From the human T2T-CHM13v2.0 reference genome, Homo sapiens: 64,000 bases of DNA. Below, piece by piece: positions 56,231 through 64,000 of the stretch. Every line of letters starts with the position of its first letter. The stretch's first letter is position 1. The notes under the pieces are model-generated. The model did not search any database, was not told the origin of the DNA, and saw only the letters and a program-made list of their open reading frames with translations. The stretch is from the NCBI RefSeq assembly GCF_009914755.1, contig NC_060931.1; one strand, written 5' to 3'. Both the position numbers and the translations under genes were made by a program.

Positions 56231-56324
56231 TGAGCTTCTTTAGCTGGGTTTCTTATATTCCAGGAAAAATAAAAGGAGGATATAATCACTCAATTATCAT
56301 TTTGGAGAAAGAGAAGGTTATAAG

Positions 56325-56774
56325 TGTGTTCTCTAGGAAAGAGATTTTTAGAGAGAGATTTGTATTGATGGGGTTTCCTGGTGAGTGCTCTGGGAAACAG
56401 CACCTATAGGAGAGTGAGGAAAACCAGAGGGGTCGAGAGGGGAGTTGGACTGTGAAGCCAGCAAATAAAGGCTCCCTGGTGGGTAGCACTAAAGTAAGGA
56501 TGGCTCTGCAGAGTTGTTCCCGTTGGAATAACAAAAACCTTTATGTCCCTCACCCCACTGCCCAGATTGTGCCATCATTGGTCGCAAGCTGTTCCTGGAG
56601 TGCAGTGAGTCACATTGACCCAAGTGGCTCTCTTTATGAGAGGGCCATGGAGGCATGGATGGGAGGAGGCCTTAGCTACAAGTCATCAGCTCTCAATTCC
56701 TCCAGCAGCTGGGTTATGTGTACTTTGGTTCTGAAAGTTATGGATTTGCACTGCTATCCTAATTGTCCACTACA
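56325..56774 (-). mobile_element. LTR16-like (ERVL) LTR
   Basis: gtgctctgggaaacagcacct...ggatggctctgcagagttg...tccactaca terminus. Confidence 0.6.
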
Positions 56775-57091
56775 AAAGAAAGAAAACAGATTACTCTCTC
56801 TGGGAAAGCAAAGTTATTTCAAAACAGAAAACTGAGGAACATGATGGAAAAATTCTCACCAAAAATCCCACAGGAAACACAGTTAACAGATTTCGTAGAG
56901 CTATTTTCTAGCGTATCCTTTGATCAGAGAATAACATTAAAATTCCTCTCTCCCTGAGGGTGATTCTGTAAGGGATTAAACCAAAACAACTCTGGGATTC
57001 AATCTTCTGGAGATCCAGCTACATTCATTCATTCCGTTATTCAACAAATATTTACTGAATGTCTGCTGCATGCCAGGAATCATGCTAAGCA

Positions 57092-57868
57092 TGAGACCAC
57101 CTTCACAAAAGTGAGAGAAGTCTAGCTTGGCTGACTCCTTCTTGCTTCTAGTCTCACAGGCAAGCTCCCCTCCCTAATTCCTGAGCACAGGCCAAGCTAA
57201 CCACGGGAGGAATTTAGTTTATAGTTTAATTTTGAAGCAAGGATGATAATAGTCCCTCCCTAAAACTAACCCCCTCCTTTCCTCCTTTGTAAAACTAATT
57301 AATGAAAGCCCATGAGATTAGGATTATGAGAGAGGCCTGAATTCTGCTAAAATGTAGGCATAGTTAAACAACAACCAGTCATTGTCCCCCAGCTTCCTTT
57401 TCTATAATTCCTTGCTGTTTGGGAGTCATGTAGCCAGAGGTCACAAGATTGGTGACTTCCCCAATTGCTCCTATAGATAACCTCACAAAAATTGGTCTTT
57501 TGAGGTGTTTTTCAGACTTTTGCATTCTGGCCACTGACTGACTCCACCCAGACCCATGACTCAAGACAACTGGTCCTGTGACCACCACCCAGAGGCAGAC
57601 TCAGTGCATGAGGACTGTTTTCCACACACCTATAATTTCATCCCCAACCAATCAGTAGCACCCATTTCCTAATTCCTTGCCCTCCAAATTATAACCATAA
57701 AAACCCTAGCCTCTAATTTTTAGGGAAGGCTGATTTGAGTAATAAACTCTTGTCCTCCCCCTTGGCTAGCTCTATGTTTATTAAACTCTTTCTCTACTGC
57801 CATATCACTGTCTCAGTGAATTGGTTTTATCTGTGCAGCAAGCAAGAAGAACCCACTGGGCAATTACA
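57092..57868 (+). mobile_element. LTR8A solo LTR inserted into a reverse L2
   Basis: gtgagagaagtctagcttggctgactcc...ggaggaatttagtttatagttt...gggcaattaca; L2 tail cattcattcattc...tcaacaaatatttactg directly upstream. Confidence 0.85.
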
Positions 57869-58332
57869 TAAAGGTTGCAGATTTTAATCAAACAACCACA
57901 TGAACAAATGTGAAATCACACCTTTGATAATTGTTTACAAGAGAGGCTCATTATCCAGTGTTATCACAGGTTTGAATCAGAAACTGTTTGTTATAAAGGT
58001 CAGAGATGCCTCCTTGAAAAAGTCATTTTTCACCTGAGGGTTGCAAGAAGAGCAGGAGCTAACCAATTGAAAAGAAAAGGGGCAACAGACCCTGTGTTAG
58101 AAGGAACCATAGGACATTATGAAGGCTGGTGTGGCTGGAGTGTAGACAAGCATTGAAGGTGAGCTTGGAAGATGTGACTGTAGAGCTGTGGAAGGGCAGT
58201 CCAGGCAGAGCCTTGTAGATAGATCCTATCAAGCAATATGGTCTTCACTTTAAAAGGAACAGCAAAATCATTCAAGTGTTTTACAGGGAAGTTCTGGATG
58301 GGAAAGTATTGCTGATGAGATTCATTTGGAGG

Positions 58333-58838
58333 ATACATTACTGTTCTATGGCTGCTGTAACAAATTAACACAAACTTAGTGGCTTAAATCACATAAATTA
58401 ATTTATTATCTTAAAGCTCTAGTGTTCAGAAGTTCATAACAGATCTCACTGAGCTAGAAACAAGTTGCTGACAGAGGTGCATTCCTTTCCGGAGGCTCTA
58501 GCATACAATTTATTTCTGATCTTTTCCAGCTTCCACAGGCTACCCACATTCCTTAGCTCATCGTCCCCTTCCATCTTCAAAGCCAACAATGGCCAATCAA
58601 GTCTTTCTTGTATCATATCACTCTAACACTAACTCTTCTACTTCCCTCTTTTACATCAGACACTTGAAATTACAGTGGACCCACCCAGAAAATCCAGAAT
58701 AATCTCCCCTATCTCAAGGTCACTTGATTAGCAACCTTAATCCCATCTGCAACTTTAATTACCCTTTGCCATATAATCTAACACATTCACAGCTTCTGGA
58801 GATTAGGACATAGGCATCTTTGAGGTCTGCCTACCATA
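58333..58838 (-). mobile_element. MLT1C/D-like LTR
   Basis: tggctgctgtaacaaatta...cttagtggcttaaa...ctgcctaccata. Confidence 0.85.
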
Positions 58839-60789
58839 GAGAGGACTAGAGTGGAGGCAAGGAGACCAAGTACAGAGGCTACTGCAACTGGTAGTGGTGA
58901 ATATGCAGAGCTGTGGATAGATCTGGGAGTCACTTAGGAACTAAAACCAAGAGGACTGGGTCATGGTTCTCCTGAGAGTGAGATCTATGCAAGGAGCAAT
59001 ATAGGGTATCTGAATGTATTCATTTATTCAACATTTCTTTGTGTTCAGACACTTTGTGAACAGATACTGTTCTAGTTTCTTGCGATAAAGCACCAGGCAT
59101 GTTATAAAAGCCCCTGTTCTCATGGAGCTTACCCTCAAGGCAAGTTATTTTAATCCTTATGTCAAGAATGATTGTCCATAAACACTCTTTTTCTCTGGCA
59201 GATGTCAGATGCATGCTCCATAGAGAGACACCCCTTTCTGATGAGGACACATCTGAAGCTTTGTTCTGTGTCCCAGGTTGCTGACACAGGCAACATGAAT
59301 TTTAATTTCAGTTTTGATATAAACTTATACTTCCATGTTGAAACAGGAAAATATGAAGCTGAAACAAATATTGTCCTTAATTTGCCACAGTTGAATTCTT
59401 CATTTATCCAAGAGATTTGGAAATTTACCATAAACTTGCTTCTTAATTCTAAATATCACATGGTGTATGAAGGTTTTAGAAGAAAAGAGATTGCCTTTTG
59501 ATATTTAGACTAAGGGGCTTTACATTAGACCAGATTTATCAGATTTTTTAACTTAGAGAAAATAGTTCATACTTTGTAGGACTAATCTACTTTTATACTT
59601 AATCTGATGTTTACAAGAAACACACAAATTCTCCTTATAGGTTTTGAGAGTAAGATCAAATGAAAATTATCTATGGCTAAAAAGTAGTAACCTAGTTGGA
59701 AAGGTGAAATAGCACTATACAGAAGGCTTTCTGCAATGTTGAATGTCTTTTAGGTTATCTAAGGCTTGTATTTTATGTTGCATGATTTAGTCCTGAACTT
59801 TTGAAGCAGATGTGGGATTAGTTTTCTACATATCACTAATCCTTTCCCTTTTAATCAAATCATCCTGTTACAAAATAAAAACACTTAACATGCTTATAAC
59901 AGAAGGTTGCATGCTGGCATTGTAGATATTTTATAAACCAAAAATATCTAACCTCTAATTCAAGTAATATTGTTTTGGCTTCTCTCTTTTTGTAAAACTT
60001 AATCATGGGGCAATGTCAAAACTGAAATCAGCAGCTGAAAACAGGAAAGACAACTACATTTTAAGAATTTACCCCTGTTTGCAGTTTCAGATGGCTGCCA
60101 AAACTTTCAACTAGACTCATTTGGAGTAAGACTATGCAAAACCATTCATTCTCATGCAGTTGGTTATGCCTTTTTCAGCATGGCGTTTGTGATTCTCTGG
60201 CAATATACTTCTAGAAATCACTTTGTTAGCTATAAATGTTATAAATAAATCATGATTTTTTTCTTCAGAAATTTAGTTATGGCAATTAATGTGAAAAAAA
60301 CATAATTTTTAAAGCATTTTAAACACACACACACAATTTCACACATCAGATGTTCTGCTTTAAATGTAACATGGAGAAGTATTTATGACAGATGGTCCTA
60401 AACATTTGTCTTCCTTAGATCATCTGGTTTAACTACTCACTTCATAATTTTCAATTGCTCATTTCTTTTTTTCTGAAGAAAATTAGTGTATAACACTGAA
60501 CTAGAAAAAAAATGGACACTAGTTTTTATGTAGTTTTGGTAGTATTATTTTCTAGTATCTTACAACTAGTTGGCCATCCATAGAACAAATGTGAATGCAT
60601 ATGTCAAATGTAAAACAAATGGTGCTCATATCCCATACATGCCTCACCTTAAAAGCATGCCATGGAGTGCAGAGTGTGATGGGTGGAGTGAGATGGTGGC
60701 ATGAGAAAAGCCAGCATTCTCACAAAAGCAAGAGAAGTTAATTCCTTGGAGGAGACAGAAGAAGGAGGAGGAATTAAAGAAGAATTCAT

Positions 60790-61262
60790 GAACACCTATT
60801 TCACAGCAAAACTATTCAACTAGCCAAGAAGTGGAAACAACCCAAGCATCCATCAACAGCTGAATGGATGAACAAAGGGTGGAAAACACACACAATGGAA
60901 TATTATTCTACTGTAAAAAGGAAGGACATTCTGCCACATGCTACAACATGGATGCACCTGGAAAACATATGCTAAGTGAAATAAACCATCATAAGACCCC
61001 AAACCCTGTGTGATTCCACTTATATATCTAGAGTAGATAAATTCATAAAAATAGAAAGTGGAATGATGATTGGCAGGGAATGTTGGGAGGGGTAATTGGA
61101 GATCTGTTTAATGAGTTTCCATTTTGAAAGACAAAAATGTTTTGGAGATTAGTTGCACAGTAGTGTGAATATACTTAGCACTACTGAACTATATACACTT
61201 CAAAATGCTTAAGATGGCAAATTTTTATGTTATGCGGGCTTTTTGCCACAATCTATTAAAAA
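60790..61262 (+). mobile_element. L1MB-type 3' fragment
   Basis: gtggaaacaacccaag...catgctacaacatggatg...atgctaagtgaaataa...ccacaat. Confidence 0.85.
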
Positions 61263-61824
61263 GAGGTCTTTGGAGAGAAAGATCATTTGAACAAAACAAT
61301 AATATGAATGATTACAAAAAATTGGCAGGGGTTGGCAGGGGTGGAGGGACAAGCCTTAAACCAAAAGAATACATTGGGCAGGGATAGAATTGGGAAGATG
61401 TAAAATAGTCACAGATCAGCAACTCTCTCAGGGCAGGTCATCACTTCATCAAGTAATAGGCCAAACGATGAGGCTGGAAATGTAGATTTGAGCCTATGTT
61501 GGACATATGTTTGTCTGCACAATACCACCTCCCCAGCTTTGAATGACCTGTCCCCCTCCCTTTCCATTCAATCTTCCTCAATCCATATGATTTGGATAGA
61601 ATTAATCCCAGGCTTAAATAATCAAAGTACTCCCTTCTGCAAACATATACACACATAGGAAGAGGTCATGTAGGTTCTGCTCCAGAATTTTGTTGGCACT
61701 GTCAGAAAAGAGACTCTCTTTTCCCTTGAGATTTAAGATTCAAGTACCATGTAGACCTGGAGATGCCCCTGGACATTTTTTCCTATATAGAGAAAGCCTA
61801 CTGAAAATACAGAGGAAATCAAAG

Positions 61825-62030
61825 GTGAAAAACAAGAAAAAATAGATAAAAGGGAAGAAAAGAAAGAAAGAAAGAGGGAAAGAAAGGAGAGAAAAGCAAA
61901 GGAAAAGGAAAAGAAACAGAGAGAAAGCAAGCAAAGAGAGAGGAAGAAAGAGATCGAGAGAAAGGGAGAGAGAAAAGGGGAAGAAATGGGAAAGGTAGGA
62001 GAGGCAAGGAGGAAGAAAAGAAGGAAACAG
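61825..62030. repeat. Purine-rich low-complexity tract within an MLT1-like element
   Basis: About 200 nt A/G-rich. Confidence 0.85.
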
Positions 62031-62569
62031 TACTGATTAATATTGTTTGAACATCTGAATCCAACTATGCCTAGAATCAGATCAACCCTATACTGTTCTG
62101 TTTTGCTAACCACCCTCCCCCTCCAAAAAAAAATTCCCTAGTTTGGCTTAAGCTGGCATAAGACGAGTTTTTGTCATTTGAAATCACACGAGTTCTGACT
62201 AATACAGGGCTAGATTGTGGGGATCCTAGAGAAAGGAAACAGGAAAATATGATATCAGTACTCACTTTGTCAGACACTGCACTAAGTCCCTCGGATATCA
62301 CAATGAACAAAACAACTTTTTTCCCTGCCTTCATGAAACTAACAGTTTCTTAAGCCCCAGTCACATGAGTTTCATCCCTAGTTATAAGCATCTCTTTGTG
62401 GTTTTTGTTTGTTTAATGTTGAAGTCCTACTGCCAATAGTAAATCAGAGCTAGATTTGGTCTATAACAGCATATCCAAAATTTCCTGATGAAAAGAATCA
62501 CCTGGGTTACTTGCTTTAAAAAGCTCAGGCCATCCCCAGCCCACATAATTAGGAGCTTTAGGGATGTGA

Positions 62570-62883
<314 letters not shown>

Positions 62884-63869
62884 GGGAGCTGAGAGTATTT
62901 TTAAAAGTTTGAGGCCCAGGTGATTCTTATCATCAGAGAAGTATGTGAAATGCTAATCTTGTTATTCAATATACTTTCCATGGAAGAGTGGCAATGGATT
63001 TGTTAATAATGTGGCATTTCAGATCCCTCTCCAGACCTGCTGAATCAGGATAAACCTGTAATATTTTGATACAGATAGCTTGTGTTGTCTGAGATTTTTT
63101 TCCGAAAATCAGGGGCAGGGAGAAAGAAATCTGACACAGAACCTCATTCAGAAGTGCTTTCCAACAAAATCCATTTATTTCAAACTCAAGATGGCATTAA
63201 CTAAAAATTAGATATCACCTGCACTGCTTTAAGCCCATTGCCAGTGATGTCACTCTCTGTGAACTGTATCTAAGGTCTAAATAGCGCATCATACAACTCT
63301 AGGAGAGAACATTGATGCTGTGTGCATGTGGATGGCACCCTCAGGAGTTGGATACTATAGCAGTCCTGAATCCAGGCCCAACTAGAGATTCATTTGGAGT
63401 CAAGCTCTGAAGACTCAACCTGGTGGCTGCTTTGAAGTCATAAGGAGACCCACCTCCATAGCCAAGATGATTGCCATCCCAACACAGCTTGTGGACAAGT
63501 CAGGACTTCCAAACACAATGTGTTCTTTTTCTTTAAGGAGGAAACGGAGATATTACAAAATAGCAAGCATGCAATAGCATGATGCAAAGCCTAATGATAA
63601 GAGAATAGTTCTGCTTTTCTTCACCCCCTTTTTTTTTTTACATTTAGTTCATCTTCTCGGAATAGAGGGACTTGTTTTCCCAGGCTCTCACAGTGACAAT
63701 TTGCCATACTCATGTGTTTGCAGATGGCAGAAGCACCATCATATGGCAACTCCTAGAAGCCCTCAGCCCTATTTTGCAGAGTTGTTGAGCACATGATGCA
63801 GCTGGTAGTCCTTTGACCTCACAAGGTACCTAGTTTTAGCAGCTACAAGTGGCAGAACTACTTAAGGTA

Positions 63870-64000
63870 CTCAGAGTAATAAGAGCCTGGACACCAGAGC
63901 CTGCCTGCCAGGTTCACAACAGACGCCACCACTCACTAGCTATGTAACTTCAAGTAAGTTACTTAACATCTCTGTGTCTCTCTTTCCTTATCCATAGAAT
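63870..64000 (+). mobile_element. MIR SINE (runs off the window)
   Basis: ccactcactagctatgtaacttcaagtaagttacttaacatctctgtgtctc. Confidence 0.8.

Noticed and set aside
59238-59277. Hammerhead-like CTGATGA followed by a 7-bp stem GGACACA/TGTGTCC
   Set aside because: The essential GAAA after stem II is replaced by CAGG, and I cannot build stems I/III around an NUH triplet; an Infernal/RNAMotif search would settle it
61733-62113. 126-aa Phe/Ser/Leu-rich hydrophobic ORF
   Set aside because: Translation of the reverse of a purine-rich low-complexity tract

Overview
AT-rich, Alu/L1/MIR-rich primate genomic DNA, almost certainly human. It contains the 3' half of ITGB8 (integrin beta-8) on the + strand: eight coding exons (my numbering, exons 7-14) at 4363-22955. 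All splice sites are GT-AG and the exons join in phase, encoding the end of the beta-I domain, the hybrid domain, the I-EGF repeats, a short beta-tail, the TM helix and the atypical NPxY-less tail ending FRCNF*. A ~5.75 kb 3' UTR runs to an AATAAA at 28690. The remaining ~35 kb is gene-free and transposon-derived: MER9, THE1, MLT1/2, MER21, LTR8A, LTR16, L1, L2, MER2, MER5 and an internally deleted class I provirus. Almost every ORF in the track outside the ITGB8 exons is a repeat-derived or chance ORF. I see no evidence of a wholly new system. The best leads are: (i) a strong alternative acceptor 63 nt upstream of exon 12 that creates TGA at the junction and is followed by AATAAA, a possible secreted beta-8 isoform; (ii) a provirus flanked by a ~56-bp duplication of host DNA, with a clipped 3' LTR; (iii) a 96-nt last intron whose retention would swap the cytoplasmic tail; (iv) a perfect 17-bp hairpin in intron 12. 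Repeat subfamily names and exon numbers are from recall by eye, not from a database search.
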